NCBI GenBank assembly: GCA_977020255.1
Contig: CDROCS010001674.1
Location: 248,001 to 312,000, forward strand
Direction: 5' to 3'
Length of the DNA stretch: 64,000 nucleotides
Source of the DNA: Obrimoposthia wandeli
Lineage: Eukaryota
Shown here piece by piece: positions 20,476-32,895 of this stretch (positions are counted from its first letter, which is position 1; each line of letters starts with the position of its first letter). Under the pieces are notes generated by a model. That model did not search any database. It saw nothing but the letters and a program-made list of their open reading frames with translations, and was not told the origin of the DNA. The position numbers and the translations under genes are program-made.

Positions 20476-21800
20476 GCGACAGTCCTTTCTTTTTTATTCT
20501 GATTTTGGCGTGCGGTATGTTTACTGATCATTTGTTCTGCAACGTGGAATCCGGTGCTGATTGCAACGCCACTGCCACACCCTTCGAACACGGGATCGTA
20601 GTGTGCCAATAGTGCGCCTGCGCAGAATAGATTCTCAATGGTTTGATTATTAGCAGAAGCTTGCAGTTGATCATTACATACCACGCCCATCTTCAAAAAT
20701 GGGTGCGCTTTTGATGTGAAAAATTCAGGTTGGTACCACTGGTCACGGTCTGGAATAGCAACAGTATCAAGGTTGAAAATGGGCTCACTAATACTTAAAC
20801 GTTGTGCAGCCATACCACGGCTGAAGAAACTGCCTGTTGCAATTAAATAGTTATCAGCGATTAATGGCATATCACGATGATTACGAGTGAATATACGTTT
20901 TAATTCACCATCTTCAAAATCACCACGTTGTACTTCGTCACCCACAAGGATGATTCCACCCAGCATTTTAAAATGAGACTTCATGGCCTCTTCTAAACGA
21001 ATACCTAATAACGAGGGGGGCATGGTAGGTAGTTCGCAAATCGTAAAGCCCGTTAAGCCTTCAAGCAATTTGATTGTTGCTGCGCCATCGCCGTTGCCAA
21101 ATACCGCAGGCAATACCACGAGGTCCGCTTTACCCACTGCTTGAATCATTGATTTAGCAAAAGCGTGTAATTTGCGTTCATCACGTAATACACGTGAAAT
21201 ATCGATAGAGCGGAATTCACAAGGGTTACGCTGCATCTCTTCAAAATCAGGCAGTTCAACTGCTGCCGTGGTGATTTTTACATCTTTGAATTGCGCTAAT
21301 TTTGAAAGGTTATCAGCAGCTAATTTAGGCTGGAAATCACGGAAACCATCGATTGTTACCAATGCAATATGATTGAGCTCGCCAGCAGTGTTGGTTAGCG
21401 GAAATTGATGCACAGTTTGCTGCGATAGCCACGTTGAACGAAAGGTTCCCATCGGTGTTAAGCGTAGGTGGTTCGTTTCATCTTCCTGTGAAGAAAGGTA
21501 GATACCACGCGCTTTGATCATCTCTTGATACCAGTCTAATGCATCTTGTACTTTTCTTTTACCCAGCTTGCAGTAAGGGTGCTCTGGGTTTTGCTGTTGT
21601 AATTCATTGAATGCCGCCATTGGGTGATAAACAGGCTGTCCATCTGGAAGTCGGCTTAAGAAATCAATAGAGCCTGACGAGAAGTGAAGAGCACTTTGGC
21701 CAGCCGCAATCACGGCTGTTTTCATTCCAGCTTCTGCACAACGAATAGCACAACTTAACCCTGCTACACCGCCACCTATAATTAAGCTATCGAATTTCAT
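20472..21800 (-). CDS. glpB: Anaerobic glycerol-3-phosphate dehydrogenase subunit B
   Basis: '[13 protein letters not shown]', '[10 protein letters not shown]', 'GCGSGVA'. Confidence 0.95.
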   Translation of the reverse strand: MKFDSLIIGGGVAGLSCAIRCAEAGMKTAVIAAGQSALHFSSGSIDFLSRLPDGQPVYHPMAAFNELQQQNPEHPYCKLGKRKVQDALDWYQEMIKARGIYLSSQEDETNHLRLTPMGTFRSTWLSQQTVHQFPLTNTAGELNHIALVTIDGFRDFQPKLAADNLSKLAQFKDVKITTAAVELPDFEEMQRNPCEFRSIDISRVLRDERKLHAFAKSMIQAVGKADLVVLPAVFGNGDGAATIKLLEGLTGFTICELPTMPPSLLGIRLEEAMKSHFKMLGGIILVGDEVQRGDFEDGELKRIFTRNHRDMPLIADNYLIATGSFFSRGMAAQRLSISEPIFNLDTVAIPDRDQWYQPEFFTSKAHPFLKMGVVCNDQLQASANNQTIENLFCAGALLAHYDPVFEGCGSGVAISTGFHVAEQMISKHTARQNQNKKERTVA

Positions 21801-23503
21801 AATGCGACCTCACTCTTGTTCTTATTTGTATTCGTTTTTGTAGCGGCAGAATAGTCAGTATCTAGGTTTGGCATTGTTAATGATGTGAGATCAGCATCTG
21901 GAATATCACTGACACCAAATAAACCTTCATAAATCCAATAGGTGAATTCCGCCTCACGTAATGCATCTCCCCAAAAAACGGGTTTAATGCCTTTCCAACG
22001 TTCTTCTAGAAAATCACTCAGTAAATGGCTCGCTTCTGTACCTGAGCTCTTACCGTATTCTGAAAACAATCCTGCTGCGCGATAAGAACAAAGTTCACCT
22101 TGACAAGGCCCCATACCAACACGGGTACGGCGGCGTAAATCAACAAGGTTATGTACGTCTAATTCTTTAATGGCGTATTCAACTTCGCCACTGGTTACCA
22201 TTTCGCATTCACAAATAACAGCTTGGCTTTTTTTATCATTCTTTAAGAATTTTTCTGCACGTTCGCCATGGCGATAATACGCTGATTGATAAATAGGCTT
22301 AGCAAGGCTGGCAGTATGCTTGACTTTTTTCTGTGCTTGCTCTGAACCGGGTAAAGGTTTGGTATGCGTGGTACAAGGTTGAGTGTTACCCAGTTTCTTG
22401 GCGATTAGATCTGTTGCCCATTCAGCCATCATGCGATAAGTCATTAACTTACCGCCAGTGATTGTAATGAAGCCGTCCATACCATCGCGTTCAGCATGAT
22501 CTAACAGCACAATGCCACGGCTAATATTTCGACCAGTGGTATCGCCATCGACGGCAACCAGAGGGCGAACACCGGCATAAGCACGTAATACGCGGGCATT
22601 TGCCATAATAGGCGCGAGTTTTGTGCCTTCTTCAAGTAGCACATCGATTTCACGACTGGTTACGTGAAGGTCATCAATCTTGTCGTAATCAATACGTTCA
22701 GACGTTGTACCAATTAGTGAGATGGTATCGCCCGGAACCAAAATGTCGGCATCAGAGGGTTTACGGCAACGGTTGATCACTAAATTGTTGATACGATAAT
22801 CAAGGATTAACAATGAGCCTTTAGCAGGGAACATTTTGATATTCAAATCACCGTATTCGCAGATTTGTTGTCCCCATATTCCTGCAGCATTGATCACTTG
22901 CTTTGATCGAATATCGAAATGCTCCCCCGTCTTCATATTCAGGCAACGTACACCACGCACAGCATGTCCTTCACGGATAAGCCCGGTAACATGGGTGTGA
23001 TTAAATAAACGTGCGCCATGCTCAACAGCATCTAATACATTAGAAGACGTGAGACGGAATGGGTCGATAGTACCGTCGGGTACTTTTACCGCACCAATTA
23101 AATTTGGGTTACAGTTTGGTTCTAAACGAAGGGCTTCTTCAGGGCTTAATTGCTCGACATCAATGTCTGCACGGCCACAAGCTGTAAGGAAGGATTTTTG
23201 AAAATCAAGATCATCATCAGGTAGGGAGATGAATAAACCTTGCGTGTCTTCAACACAATGACGAGCGATATTTTTAAGTATACGGTTTTCTTGAATGCAC
23301 TCGCGTGCCGATTCTTCATCCGTTACTGCATAACGCGCACCTGAGTGCAGTAATCCATGGTTACGACCCGTCGTGCCCGATGCAAGATCATCTCTTTCGA
23401 CCAAGATACATTTGATGCCTCGCAGTGCACAGTCACGCATTATGCCTGTACCAGTTGCACCACCACCAATAATAACAACGTCTGTTTCTAACCAACTAGT
23501 CAT
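21797..23503 (-). CDS. glpA: Anaerobic glycerol-3-phosphate dehydrogenase subunit A
   Basis: GGGATG FAD motif, '[16 protein letters not shown]', 'ICECE', 'GPCQG'; 4-bp overlaps with glpB and glpC. Confidence 0.96.
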   Translation of the reverse strand: MTSWLETDVVIIGGGATGTGIMRDCALRGIKCILVERDDLASGTTGRNHGLLHSGARYAVTDEESARECIQENRILKNIARHCVEDTQGLFISLPDDDLDFQKSFLTACGRADIDVEQLSPEEALRLEPNCNPNLIGAVKVPDGTIDPFRLTSSNVLDAVEHGARLFNHTHVTGLIREGHAVRGVRCLNMKTGEHFDIRSKQVINAAGIWGQQICEYGDLNIKMFPAKGSLLILDYRINNLVINRCRKPSDADILVPGDTISLIGTTSERIDYDKIDDLHVTSREIDVLLEEGTKLAPIMANARVLRAYAGVRPLVAVDGDTTGRNISRGIVLLDHAERDGMDGFITITGGKLMTYRMMAEWATDLIAKKLGNTQPCTTHTKPLPGSEQAQKKVKHTASLAKPIYQSAYYRHGERAEKFLKNDKKSQAVICECEMVTSGEVEYAIKELDVHNLVDLRRRTRVGMGPCQGELCSYRAAGLFSEYGKSSGTEASHLLSDFLEERWKGIKPVFWGDALREAEFTYWIYEGLFGVSDIPDADLTSLTMPNLDTDYSAATKTNTNKNKSEVAL

Positions 23504-23599
23504 GTTCGTTTTCGCTTATAGTTTTTAACCAGCTCATACAGAATCTGTTTGATTCCCTATCATATAGGCATAAATATGCCACTTTATGTCAGGTTATAA

Positions 23600-23650
23600 T
23601 TTGATCCAAACCACACTAGTGAGTGATCGCGCATTCGTTCGCGCATTTTT
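23600..23650. promoter_or_regulatory. Possible CRP site(s) and GlpR operator region upstream of glpA
   Basis: TTTGA-N6-CCACA (23600-23615), AGTGA-N6-GCGCA and repeated cgcgcatt; resemblance only. Confidence 0.35.
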
Positions 23651-23736
23651 GTGCGGTTCTACGTATTTTTGAGTGATAAAAACAAAAAAAAGGACCATAA
23701 GATCCTTTTTTTAGATTCATAACGAGCTTTAACGTA

Positions 23737-24924
23737 TTAGTTTATCGATATTCTTTCTGTGATTTTCTGACGCTCATCATTTTCATATTGATGATCAATA
23801 GGATGAAAGTGGCTGCAATCTCGCCCTGAGTTTTTACATTGATAAAGCGCAAGATCTGCCCTTTCGAGCATTGAAGCTAAAGTATCGTTTTCAGAATAAG
23901 TTGAAATGCCAATACACGTAGTAATGCTAAGTAATTGATTCTCTATATCAATAGGCATTTTTAGCTCACGAATAGCCATTAGCATTCGGTTTGAGATTTT
24001 TATTGCGGTAGCGGATGGGCAGCCGGGCAAGAATAAAATAAACTCTTCACCACCGTAGCGGCCAAACAAATCCGTTTTACGAATTTTACCTTGCACGAAA
24101 GCGGTAAAGCCAGTTAGTACTTTGTCACCAACACTATGTCCCCAGGTGTCGTTAATACGCTTGAATTTATCAATATCAAAAAGTAATAGAGAAAAAGATT
24201 TATTATTTTGACTGCACTCCATCATGTTTTTTTTTCCGAGACGTAAGAGCATCCGTCGATTATAAATACCGGTTAATGGGTCCAAAATAGCTTGGCGGTA
24301 TAATCTCATCAGCATGTGTAATTTTGATACTTGCGACCAAATTACCATTATCGCTAAAACGCTTTGTAGCCAATAGATCGCTAAATACTCAGGTGCAAAT
24401 AAATGCTCTGTATAATAATCTGCGGAGATTTGAATTATGACTGTAATAGAAAGCAAAGATAGGCTTTCTTTAAACGTGACAGGAAAAATGGTGAGTACAG
24501 CAATGTGAATAATAGGTAGTAGGGTATAGATATATCCGTATTTAAGGTTGCTATCGGGAAAATCTAATATCACTAAACAATAGAGATAAAAAATATTCAA
24601 GGAAAGAGTGAGTAATGCAATACAGAGTTGTATTTGCCTTAATGAGTGAAATTGATATTTATTAAGGGCAAGAAAGAAAAAGAAGCTACCCAGAAATAAT
24701 CGAGCAAATGTGATTTTTATACTTTGATCTGATGTTAAAAAGAGAATATCAAAGGGAATCCATAGAATAAGTAGTATGCCCAGCACGGTTGAAAGTATAA
24801 TTATACGGCTTCGAAGATAATCACTACGTGTATTTTTAAAGCTTAAAGAGTGTGATCGAGAACTCCATAGGTCATAGTAATATGCCATCTTAGATGTGAT
24901 TTTTTTGACTGAACTTTCTCGCAT
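23737..24924 (-). CDS. Membrane-bound diguanylate cyclase (GGDEF)
   Basis: Multiple N-terminal TM segments, 'DPLTGIYNRR', 'DIDKFKRINDTWGH', I-site RKTD and active GGEEF. Confidence 0.92.
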   Translation of the reverse strand: MRESSVKKITSKMAYYYDLWSSRSHSLSFKNTRSDYLRSRIIILSTVLGILLILWIPFDILFLTSDQSIKITFARLFLGSFFFFLALNKYQFHSLRQIQLCIALLTLSLNIFYLYCLVILDFPDSNLKYGYIYTLLPIIHIAVLTIFPVTFKESLSLLSITVIIQISADYYTEHLFAPEYLAIYWLQSVLAIMVIWSQVSKLHMLMRLYRQAILDPLTGIYNRRMLLRLGKKNMMECSQNNKSFSLLLFDIDKFKRINDTWGHSVGDKVLTGFTAFVQGKIRKTDLFGRYGGEEFILFLPGCPSATAIKISNRMLMAIRELKMPIDIENQLLSITTCIGISTYSENDTLASMLERADLALYQCKNSGRDCSHFHPIDHQYENDERQKITERISIN

Positions 24925-25186
24925 TAACCATACTCACTAGTTATTAGTCATGAATTCAAAGCATTGAAGAAGAGAGGCTGACTAACTGAGGTATTTATAG
25001 ATTCATCATTATTCAATTAATACACCCTTAAAACCGTGATCTTGATCCAATAAATTTCTGTTGAAAATGAGGATATGCGTCATTGTTCACATGAAGGATA
25101 AAAAAGTTTGCGAATGACAGAAAATATTGATGCATTCACATTTCGATACAGGTTGGTATAATCAACCCCCATTTTTCTGAGACAGA

Positions 25187-25864
25187 ATGATCATGCTCAC
25201 TGGCTACTTAATGTTTCTTATCCCTGCTTTATTAGGGGCACAATGTATTCTGACACTGGTATTGGTTAAAGGTAAAATTTGCCCGGGTCAACGTGGGCGA
25301 GTGCATAAAACACTTCCGATCATTCTTGCTGGCTGGCTTTTATGTGTAGCGACTCAACCGTTAGCAGTATTGCCGTTGCTCACTTTGGCTTTTTTCACGT
25401 TTAAAGTGAAAACAGGTAAAACGCGTGATGCGGGTCCTATTAAGATTTTGATAGCATCGAATATGTTGGCTGCAATTAGCTGGTTAATGTTGCTACCCAC
25501 CATGACATTGCCTCAAGTAGGCATGAGCTTTATGGCAATCGCTTTGTTTGGCAGCCTATTGGCGCACTTATTACTGACTCAAGCGCGAACTCGGCTACAA
25601 GCATTCCACCGTATTTTACCGTTTGTTGGGTTTGGTAGTGCGATAGCATCGATTCTGTTCATGCTTTGGCAATTAGGGCGTATTGATGAAGCAATGGTAA
25701 CCACATTAACAACAAGCATAGTGGGTGCTTTAGTGCTTATGTTGGTTGCTTTGTTAGTGTGGGCTGGTCATCTTCTATTGAGTCGCACTGTTAATCGTTG
25801 GCAGTTACTGGCGGCATCGGCCTTGTTGGTGTTATCAGGTTCGATGCAATTGGTTATCTTTTGA
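25187..25864 (+). CDS. Conserved hypothetical polytopic membrane protein
   Basis: 225-aa hydrophobic ORF with 'ICPGQRGR' motif; followed by a terminator. Confidence 0.75.
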   Translation: MIMLTGYLMFLIPALLGAQCILTLVLVKGKICPGQRGRVHKTLPIILAGWLLCVATQPLAVLPLLTLAFFTFKVKTGKTRDAGPIKILIASNMLAAISWLMLLPTMTLPQVGMSFMAIALFGSLLAHLLLTQARTRLQAFHRILPFVGFGSAIASILFMLWQLGRIDEAMVTTLTTSIVGALVLMLVALLVWAGHLLLSRTVNRWQLLAASALLVLSGSMQLVIF

Positions 25865-25896
25865 TAAGTTAATCCGATTAAAACGTGTATAGACCT

Positions 25897-25928
25897 AAAA
25901 GCGCCTCTTTTATAAAGGCGCTTTTTTT
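25897..25928 (+). terminator. Intrinsic terminator
   Basis: aaaagcgcct...aggcgcttttttt. Confidence 0.75.
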
Positions 25929-25992
25929 GTATCAGTCTTCAGTGCGGGGTCTATTATTGTAAAAGGAGAACAATAATAGGATTGGAGGCGGT

Positions 25993-26181
25993 ATGGAAAT
26001 CAATAACCTACTAAGAATGGATGGGAATATTGTTTTTAGTATTGTTAATGAAAGGCTTAGATTAGAGTGTGGCAGTGTTTCTGAGCTGGTAAGTCGTTAT
26101 GAATTAGATGAAGCCGAACTTATTGAAAAAATGGATGAATATGGTTTTCGATATGATCCGCTTTGTAATCAATTTCGATAA
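25993..26181 (+). CDS. DUF4250-like small protein
   Basis: GGAGG RBS; 'SIVNERLR', 'GFRYD...NQFR' C-terminus. Confidence 0.75.
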   Translation: MEINNLLRMDGNIVFSIVNERLRLECGSVSELVSRYELDEAELIEKMDEYGFRYDPLCNQFR

Positions 26182-26316
26182 TCTAGCGCTCATATAACCA
26201 CGTTATGCACTTACTATTTGAATCTAAGTTACCTTTTATATGAAAATTTTAATAAAAAAACGGCCATTATTAGGTCGTTTTTTTGTATTGAAAAGTCATT
26301 TGCTGTGGTTATCGCT

Positions 26317-27240
26317 TTAAGCGGCTTTAATGCCATCTAAGTGTGTTTGGCATTGCTGCCTCGCTGTCGCAAAAAAAGCCTTTAGGTAGTGGCGATCTTG
26401 TTCTGAAGCGCGAACTGCTGCAAATAAACGACGCCATAGCCCTTTACCTAGTGGCTTGCTAACGATTAAGCCTTGGCGATCAAAATCATGAATCGCCCAA
26501 TTGGGTAGGGCTGCGACACCTAAACCCGCCGAGACCATTTGCACCAGCATTAATGTGTTATCCGCTTGTTTCCAAGCTTTGGGTTCGATGCCCGCAGGCT
26601 GAAGAAAGTGCTTCACCACATCTAATCGATTCTTTTGTACCGGATAAGTCAGCATTATATGTTCAAGTAAGTCTTCAGGTTCAATTACTGCTTTATCCGC
26701 GAGCGGAGATTGAGGTGATACGATTAAGCGCATCTCAAAATCAAATAAAGGTTCGTAATGTACCTCGTTGCGATGCTGAATATCTGACGTGATGACTAAA
26801 TCTAACTCACCAGCAGCGAGCGCAGGTATAGGTTCAAAACCAAAGCCAGAAGAAAAATCTAACGTCACAGAAGGCCAATGTACTTGATATTCCTTCAATG
26901 CAGGCATTAACCATTGAAAGCAGGAATGGCATTCAATCGCCATATGCAAGCGACCATTAATGTCTTCTTTAAGATTGGCTAATTCATGCTCTGCTTTTGA
27001 TAAGCGCGGTAAAATATCATTCGCCAACCGAAGTAATATTTCACCTTCAGATGTGAATTTAACAGGGCGAGTTTTACGTAGAAAAAGTTGCCCACCGAGC
27101 CGCTGCTCTAAATCTTTTAATTGGTGTGACAATGCCGATTGTGTAAGGCACAAGGTATTTGCAGTCGCTGTTAGCGAACCGGTATCGCGAAGAACGGATA
27201 GGGTTCTTAGGTGCTTAATTTCTATCATGAAGTTTACCAA
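26317..27240 (-). CDS. metR: LysR-family methionine regulator MetR
   Basis: 'IEIKHLRTL', 'LTQSALSHQ', 'IECHSCFQWL'; divergent from metE. Confidence 0.95.
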   Translation of the reverse strand: MVNFMIEIKHLRTLSVLRDTGSLTATANTLCLTQSALSHQLKDLEQRLGGQLFLRKTRPVKFTSEGEILLRLANDILPRLSKAEHELANLKEDINGRLHMAIECHSCFQWLMPALKEYQVHWPSVTLDFSSGFGFEPIPALAAGELDLVITSDIQHRNEVHYEPLFDFEMRLIVSPQSPLADKAVIEPEDLLEHIMLTYPVQKNRLDVVKHFLQPAGIEPKAWKQADNTLMLVQMVSAGLGVAALPNWAIHDFDRQGLIVSKPLGKGLWRRLFAAVRASEQDRHYLKAFFATARQQCQTHLDGIKAA

Positions 27241-27286
27241 CGTCCTTGTGTATTACATGAATATATTTAATGTACCCGTAAATTGT

Positions 27287-27310
27287 GGATGTGTAAACAT
27301 CTAGACGTCT
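27287..27310. promoter_or_regulatory. Three tandem MetJ boxes
   Basis: GGATGTGT-AAACATCT-AGACGTCT, the last a perfect Met box, in the metR-metE intergenic region; a MetR-like TGAA-N5-TTAA lies near 27258. Confidence 0.85.
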
Positions 27311-27482
27311 ACTTCTGCGTTGGGTTCATTTATGACTATTCTGAAAAACACCAACAAACCCACCAAGATATTGATTATTAGTTTTACTCATAATGATTCT
27401 GAATAATTCGATGTTGTTCATAATGATTACTTCCGTCATTGTTTAGCCATCCATACCGCTAAAGACTCAGCAGGGAAAGACT

Positions 27483-29786
27483 ATGACAATAACAACAGAG
27501 AACAAAACAGTAACGCATATCCTCGGTTACCCACGAGTAGGCTCACAACGTGAATTAAAATTTGCACAAGAAAAGTATTGGCGCGGTGAGATTGAACAAA
27601 GTGAATTAAAAGAAGTGGGTAGCTTACTGCGTCATCGTCACTGGGGCGATCAAGTAGGTGCAGGGTTAGATTATGTGTCTGTTGGTGATTTTGCTTGGTA
27701 CGATCATGTTCTTAACACCAGCATGCTTTTAGGTCATATACCTAAGCGTCATGATAATGGCTTTCCTGATTTAGATACATTGTTTCGTATTGCCCGTGGT
27801 AAAGCACCGACAGGTTGTTCGTGTGCAGCATCTGACATGACTAAATGGTTCAATACGAACTATCACTATATTGTTCCAGAGTTTACGAAAGATGATCAGT
27901 TCAATGTAAGCTGGCAGCAACTGTTTGAAGAAGTCGCTGAAGCAAAAAAAGCAGGACATAAAGTTAAGCCTGTTCTTCTAGGGCCTGTATCTTACTTATG
28001 GTTAGGTAAGGAAAAAGAAGAAGGCTTTGACCGTCTATCTCTTCTTCCGCGTTTATTGGCAGCCTATCAGCAAATTTTAAGTAAATTAGAAGCGTTAGGG
28101 GTGGAGTGGGTTCAAATTGATGAACCCGTACTTGCGCTAGAATTACCTAAGCCATGGGCTGAATCATTTAAGTTGGCTTACCAAGTACTGAATGGTAACA
28201 CCAAGCTATTACTAACCACGTACTTCGACAATATTACGCATCACCTTGATAAAATTGTAGAGCTGAACATCGACGGTTTGCATGTCGATTTATCTGCAGC
28301 ACCAGAACAGCTAAATGCCGTGGTAGATGCACTGCCAGAAAACTGGGTGTTATCAGCAGGGGTAGTGAATGGACGCAACGTGTGGCGTGCTGATTTATCG
28401 CATGTACTTGAACTATTGCAGCCAGTGAAAGCGAAGTTAGGGCAGCGATTATGGGTTGGTAGTTCATGTTCATTGCTTCATAGCCCAATCGATCTAGACC
28501 TTGAAACAGATCTGTCACCAGAGGTGCGCCAGTGGCTATCTTTTGCTAAACAGAAATGCCGTGAAATTTCTTTAGTGGCACAAGCGCTAGACGGCAATGC
28601 TATCGCAATACAAGAATGTGCAAAATACAGTGCGCCGATTAAAGCACGTGCAACCAGCGCATTGGTCAATAACCCAGATGTTCGCCAGCGCACCAATGCA
28701 ATAACCGCTGCGTTAGCCGAACGTAAAGCACCGTATGCAGAACGTACTCGTCAGCAACGTGCAGCGCTTAATTTACCGTTATTACCGACAACAACAATTG
28801 GTTCTTTCCCTCAAACCAATGAAATTCGTACCCAACGTCGTGATTTCAAAGCGGGTTACCTTACTGAAGCTGACTACAACACTGCGTTAAAAGGGCACAT
28901 CGCTGATGCCATTCAACGCCAAGAAGATTTAGATCTCGATGTGTTTGTACACGGTGAAGCAGAACGTAACGACATGGTGGAATACTTTGCAGAATTGCTG
29001 GAAGGTTTTGCTGTAACCCGTTTTGGTTGGGTACAAAGTTACGGCTCTCGTTGTGTTAAACCTGCGGTTATTGTTTCTGATATTTACCGTGCAAAACCAA
29101 TGACAGTAGAGTGGGCGACATACGCACAATCGTTAACTAACAAGTTAGTAAAAGGGATGCTTACAGGCCCAGTTACCATTCTGGGTTGGACATTCCCACG
29201 TGAAGATCTGTCTCGTGAAGGTATTGCGAATCAAATTGCTTTGGCACTGCGTGATGAAGTGTCAGATCTTCAAGCGGCAGGCATTAAAATTATTCAAATT
29301 GATGAGCCAGCAATCCGTGAAGGTTTACCATTAAAAGAAAGCCAATGGCAGGCGTACCTTGATTGGGCGGTAAATGCATTCAAGATTTCAGCGGCAAGCG
29401 CAGAACCACAAACCCAAATTCATACTCACATGTGTTACAGCGAATTTAATCACATTATCAAATCAGTTGCCGCACTGGATGCCGATGTTATTACTATCGA
29501 AACATCACGTTCAGACATGGAATTGCTAAAAGCCTTTGAAGAGTTTGATTACCCGAACGAAATTGGACCCGGCGTTTACGATATTCACTCGCCAAACATT
29601 CCATCGATTGAGCAAATTGTTCACTTAGTAGAAAAAGCTGAAACACTTATCCCAATTGAACGCCTATGGATAAACCCTGATTGCGGACTAAAAACACGTA
29701 ACTGGGAAGAAACAGAAGCCGCATTGCGTAGTATGGTAGAAGCGACGAAGAAATTACGTGAACAGTGGCAGGCAAAAGCGGTTTAA
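27483..29786 (+). CDS. metE: Cobalamin-independent methionine synthase
   Basis: 'KWFNTNYHY', '[10 protein letters not shown]', '[13 protein letters not shown]', Zn ligands 'HTHMCY' and 'NPDCGLKTR'. Confidence 0.97.
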   Translation: MTITTENKTVTHILGYPRVGSQRELKFAQEKYWRGEIEQSELKEVGSLLRHRHWGDQVGAGLDYVSVGDFAWYDHVLNTSMLLGHIPKRHDNGFPDLDTLFRIARGKAPTGCSCAASDMTKWFNTNYHYIVPEFTKDDQFNVSWQQLFEEVAEAKKAGHKVKPVLLGPVSYLWLGKEKEEGFDRLSLLPRLLAAYQQILSKLEALGVEWVQIDEPVLALELPKPWAESFKLAYQVLNGNTKLLLTTYFDNITHHLDKIVELNIDGLHVDLSAAPEQLNAVVDALPENWVLSAGVVNGRNVWRADLSHVLELLQPVKAKLGQRLWVGSSCSLLHSPIDLDLETDLSPEVRQWLSFAKQKCREISLVAQALDGNAIAIQECAKYSAPIKARATSALVNNPDVRQRTNAITAALAERKAPYAERTRQQRAALNLPLLPTTTIGSFPQTNEIRTQRRDFKAGYLTEADYNTALKGHIADAIQRQEDLDLDVFVHGEAERNDMVEYFAELLEGFAVTRFGWVQSYGSRCVKPAVIVSDIYRAKPMTVEWATYAQSLTNKLVKGMLTGPVTILGWTFPREDLSREGIANQIALALRDEVSDLQAAGIKIIQIDEPAIREGLPLKESQWQAYLDWAVNAFKISAASAEPQTQIHTHMCYSEFNHIIKSVAALDADVITIETSRSDMELLKAFEEFDYPNEIGPGVYDIHSPNIPSIEQIVHLVEKAETLIPIERLWINPDCGLKTRNWEETEAALRSMVEATKKLREQWQAKAV

Positions 29787-29848
29787 AGCCAAACATTGAA
29801 AGGGACAGAAAAGACATTTATAGCTTTTAAATAGAAAATGTCAGATAT

Positions 29849-29898
29849 AAAAAAGACGAGGCTGCTTAATATAAATAAGCAGTACTCGTCTTTTTTTT
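29849..29898. terminator. Bidirectional terminator between metE and the META gene
   Basis: Long hairpin aaaaaagacgag-gctgctta...taagcagt-a-ctcgtctttttt. Confidence 0.75.
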
Positions 29899-29937
29899 CA
29901 ATTCTGTACTTAGTACTTTCGATTGAATCCGAAAGAA

Positions 29938-30375
29938 TTACTTAATGCTGTTACGTTCAAATGTTAGCGTGTGGCCAGCATTAGTTAATGTCATTAGGTT
30001 GCCAGAAACGTTTACGTCGCTCCAGTCACTTAATGCTTTAGTCATTGTTTGTTCCATCGCCATTGCAGGTTCAGGACATGCCATCATCGTCATACCCATC
30101 TTTTCGATGCGTAGTTTGCCATCTTTAAGCTCAGCTTGACCGAAGTAGCGATTACAACCAGAGTGACCGTTAGCCCCTAAACCATCGGTTAATTCAAGGT
30201 TTGGTGCCTTGAACGGTTCAGGAAGATCAAGTGCTTTACTATCTACTTGAGTTAGCACCCAGTTGTTATTAACAAGATCACCTTCAGATGCCACTCTCGT
30301 TACATCAGAGTCGTTGTTTGCACATGCTGCAAGAATGATAGGTAGTGCTAAAACTGCTAGTAAACGTTTTTTCAT
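29938..30375 (-). CDS. META-domain (HslJ-like) lipoprotein
   Basis: Start MKKRLLAVLALPIILAAC has a lipobox; 'GHSGCNRYFG', 'TMMACP'. The ORF-track start at 30444 looks too far upstream. Confidence 0.88.
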   Translation of the reverse strand: MKKRLLAVLALPIILAACANNDSDVTRVASEGDLVNNNWVLTQVDSKALDLPEPFKAPNLELTDGLGANGHSGCNRYFGQAELKDGKLRIEKMGMTMMACPEPAMAMEQTMTKALSDWSDVNVSGNLMTLTNAGHTLTFERNSIK

Positions 30376-30718
30376 TGTATGTATCCTATAAATAATTATC
30401 GTCATTATATTGGCTAAATGCTGAACATACACTAAAGAAAACAAAAATAAGGTAAGTTGGGTATAACTCTAATGCTTAAGACTATTATCACAAAGAAAAT
30501 AATGAACAGTGTTAGAACGGTGTCATATCTTAAATGCTTTTTTATAAGAACCTAATAAAAAATGAAATATTAGAAGGAAATAGCACTATTTATAGATCTA
30601 TTTTTTGAGCAGTACAATGTTTGATAACCCATCACTATATTTAAAGCCAACCAATAGCATGGCTGGATATAATAAGGGCAAAGGGTTAGATTCGCCATTG
30701 TTCGAGGTGTTGTTCAGG

Positions 30719-32407
30719 CTATGACTTTTTATCGACCATGTGTAAATGCACATCTTGTTGTGGGAATGGAATCGACAAGCCTTCGCGGTCGAAGCGCATC
30801 TTCACTTCACGGGTTACATCCCAGTACACATCCCAATAGTCTTCTGTTTTTACCCAAGGGCGAACAATAAAATCAACGGATGACGTATTTAACGTATGCA
30901 ACTTGATGGTTTTTTCTGGTTGACGTAGCACCATCGGGTGATCATCGATAATGTCATTTAATACTTTCTCTGCAAGCTCAACATCGTCGCTATAACCAAT
31001 ACCGAAAACCATATCAACCCGACGAACACGCTCATGGGTGACGTTCTTGATAATATCGCCCCAAATTTTGCTGTTAGGTACAATAATTATTTGGTTATCG
31101 AAGGTTTTGATTGTGGTGTTAACCAGGCTCATATGGCTAACCTTACCCGATACACTACCAGCTTCTACAAAGTCACCAACATCAAATGGACGATAGATAA
31201 GTAGCATCATGCCTGACGCGAAATTTGATAGGGTATCTTGCAATGCAAAACCAATAATCACACCCGCCACACCAAAACCAGTCAGAATAGGGGCAAGGTT
31301 CAAGCCAACTTGAGATAACGCAATAAGTAAACCAATGAAGAACACGCCTTTACCCGACATTGAGATAAAGAATTCTTGCATGAGTTGCGATAACTTCAAA
31401 TTGGGAGACGATACTGCACGCTTAACCATTTTTCGGGTGAGTTTTTTAAGTAAACGGAACACAAAAATAATGGCGATAAAAATAAGGAGCTTAAATAACA
31501 TTTGCGGTGCATTTAGATAAATCCACAATGTAATGCCGCTAGTCCATGTCGCAATAATCGACATGATGACTTTTACGTTCAACAAATCATTGGTTAAATT
31601 ACCCGTAGATTCAAAAAGCTGTTGCTTATATTTTGCAGTATCAAGCTTCATTTTATCTGCTAGCTGAACGAGAAATTGCAAGCTATCGGTATCACTCGCT
31701 ACTTTTCGTTGTGCAAGTAAATGTAATAATTGTACCGAAGATTTTTCACCTTCAGATGCCGATTTTAACTGCTTAGCTAAAACTTCTTCTTGTTGGCTAT
31801 CGAAGGTTAAAGATGCCGACATAAATTCTAGGCGATGATCGATATCATCAATTAATGCTTGTACTTTTTCAGGTGATTCTTCGCCCAGTAGTTTTAACCA
31901 TTGATAGTTAACCCATTGCTCACCTAATAAGCGGGTTGAAAATCGTCGAGATTCATCAAGTTTTTTTTGTGCAATGAGTTTTTCTTCACTACCAGCTTTA
32001 TCTAGTGTTATTTCACCTTCTTCGATTTTCTTTAAAAAGAAAGCCGACGCTTGGGAAATGAATTTAACCTGCTGTTGAACATGTTTAAGTAGAAGCGGTT
32101 GCGTTTCTTCTGTTCTCTCTGGGATTAAATTTTTAATAACATCACGAAGATCGTTATTTTTATTTAAAAGCTGCAAATTAACGACATCTTTGGCTGATCC
32201 CGTCATGGTTGAGGCTTCAGCAACAAGTTGTGAGATTTCGTTATTTAATTTATTTAACTTTTCGATTTGAGGTGATACGACATCAATTTGAGGCGATACG
32301 ATGTCTATTTGAGACTGCGGGGGTTCGTTTTGTGCGAAACAGAACGATGATATAAAAACGCATAAGAAAGCCAATACACGCATTTCAATGATACTCCTGC
32401 AAACCAC
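30719..32407 (-). CDS. MscS-family mechanosensitive channel with large periplasmic N-domain (likely start 32383)
   Basis: Signal-like N-terminus, 'GVIIGFALQDTLSNFASG', 'RPFDVGD', 'RRVDMVFGIGY', 'IPFPQ'. Confidence 0.9.
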   Translation of the reverse strand: MVCRSIIEMRVLAFLCVFISSFCFAQNEPPQSQIDIVSPQIDVVSPQIEKLNKLNNEISQLVAEASTMTGSAKDVVNLQLLNKNNDLRDVIKNLIPERTEETQPLLLKHVQQQVKFISQASAFFLKKIEEGEITLDKAGSEEKLIAQKKLDESRRFSTRLLGEQWVNYQWLKLLGEESPEKVQALIDDIDHRLEFMSASLTFDSQQEEVLAKQLKSASEGEKSSVQLLHLLAQRKVASDTDSLQFLVQLADKMKLDTAKYKQQLFESTGNLTNDLLNVKVIMSIIATWTSGITLWIYLNAPQMLFKLLIFIAIIFVFRLLKKLTRKMVKRAVSSPNLKLSQLMQEFFISMSGKGVFFIGLLIALSQVGLNLAPILTGFGVAGVIIGFALQDTLSNFASGMMLLIYRPFDVGDFVEAGSVSGKVSHMSLVNTTIKTFDNQIIIVPNSKIWGDIIKNVTHERVRRVDMVFGIGYSDDVELAEKVLNDIIDDHPMVLRQPEKTIKLHTLNTSSVDFIVRPWVKTEDYWDVYWDVTREVKMRFDREGLSIPFPQQDVHLHMVDKKS

Positions 32408-32517
32408 AACCCATTTATCTTATAAACAACTATAGCCGCCAAATTAGCGACGTTAGTAATAAATTATAACGGGTTAAAATGTGCGCACGATCTGTTGTCG
32501 AAGGTCGTGGTATTTCA

Positions 32518-32895
32518 CTAAGCCAGATCTTGTTGGCATAAGAAATGATGTTGCGGGTACTGCCAGCACCAATCCGGAGACCAGCACTCTTGGTTTAGAA
32601 TGATCGTCATAGGTTGGCGTTGATGTAATAAAATAGGCTGTAATAATGGATAGTTCTTACGATCGCAGATAAGCGTATCACAGGCGGAAGCTGCGATCGT
32701 TTCTGCTAACAATGGTATATCTAAGTGAGATGTATGAGAAAACGACATTAGATCATTTCGGTGTAAATACGTCATGAAATGCTTGGTTAATGATAGCGGC
32801 GACGTGAGTACACCTATTAATCGTGGGGTTGTCTCAAGGGTATTCAACAGTTTCATCCAAGCCTGTACTTGGGTGATTTCCTTATATTTCGGCAT
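32518..32895 (-). CDS. Hypothetical protein
   Basis: 125-aa ORF with GGAG RBS; no family recognised. Confidence 0.65.
   Translation of the reverse strand: MPKYKEITQVQAWMKLLNTLETTPRLIGVLTSPLSLTKHFMTYLHRNDLMSFSHTSHLDIPLLAETIAASACDTLICDRKNYPLLQPILLHQRQPMTIILNQECWSPDWCWQYPQHHFLCQQDLA

Noticed and set aside
27241-27482. Cobalamin or SAM riboswitch upstream of metE
   Set aside because: No riboswitch motifs; the region is accounted for by MetJ boxes and MetR-like sites.
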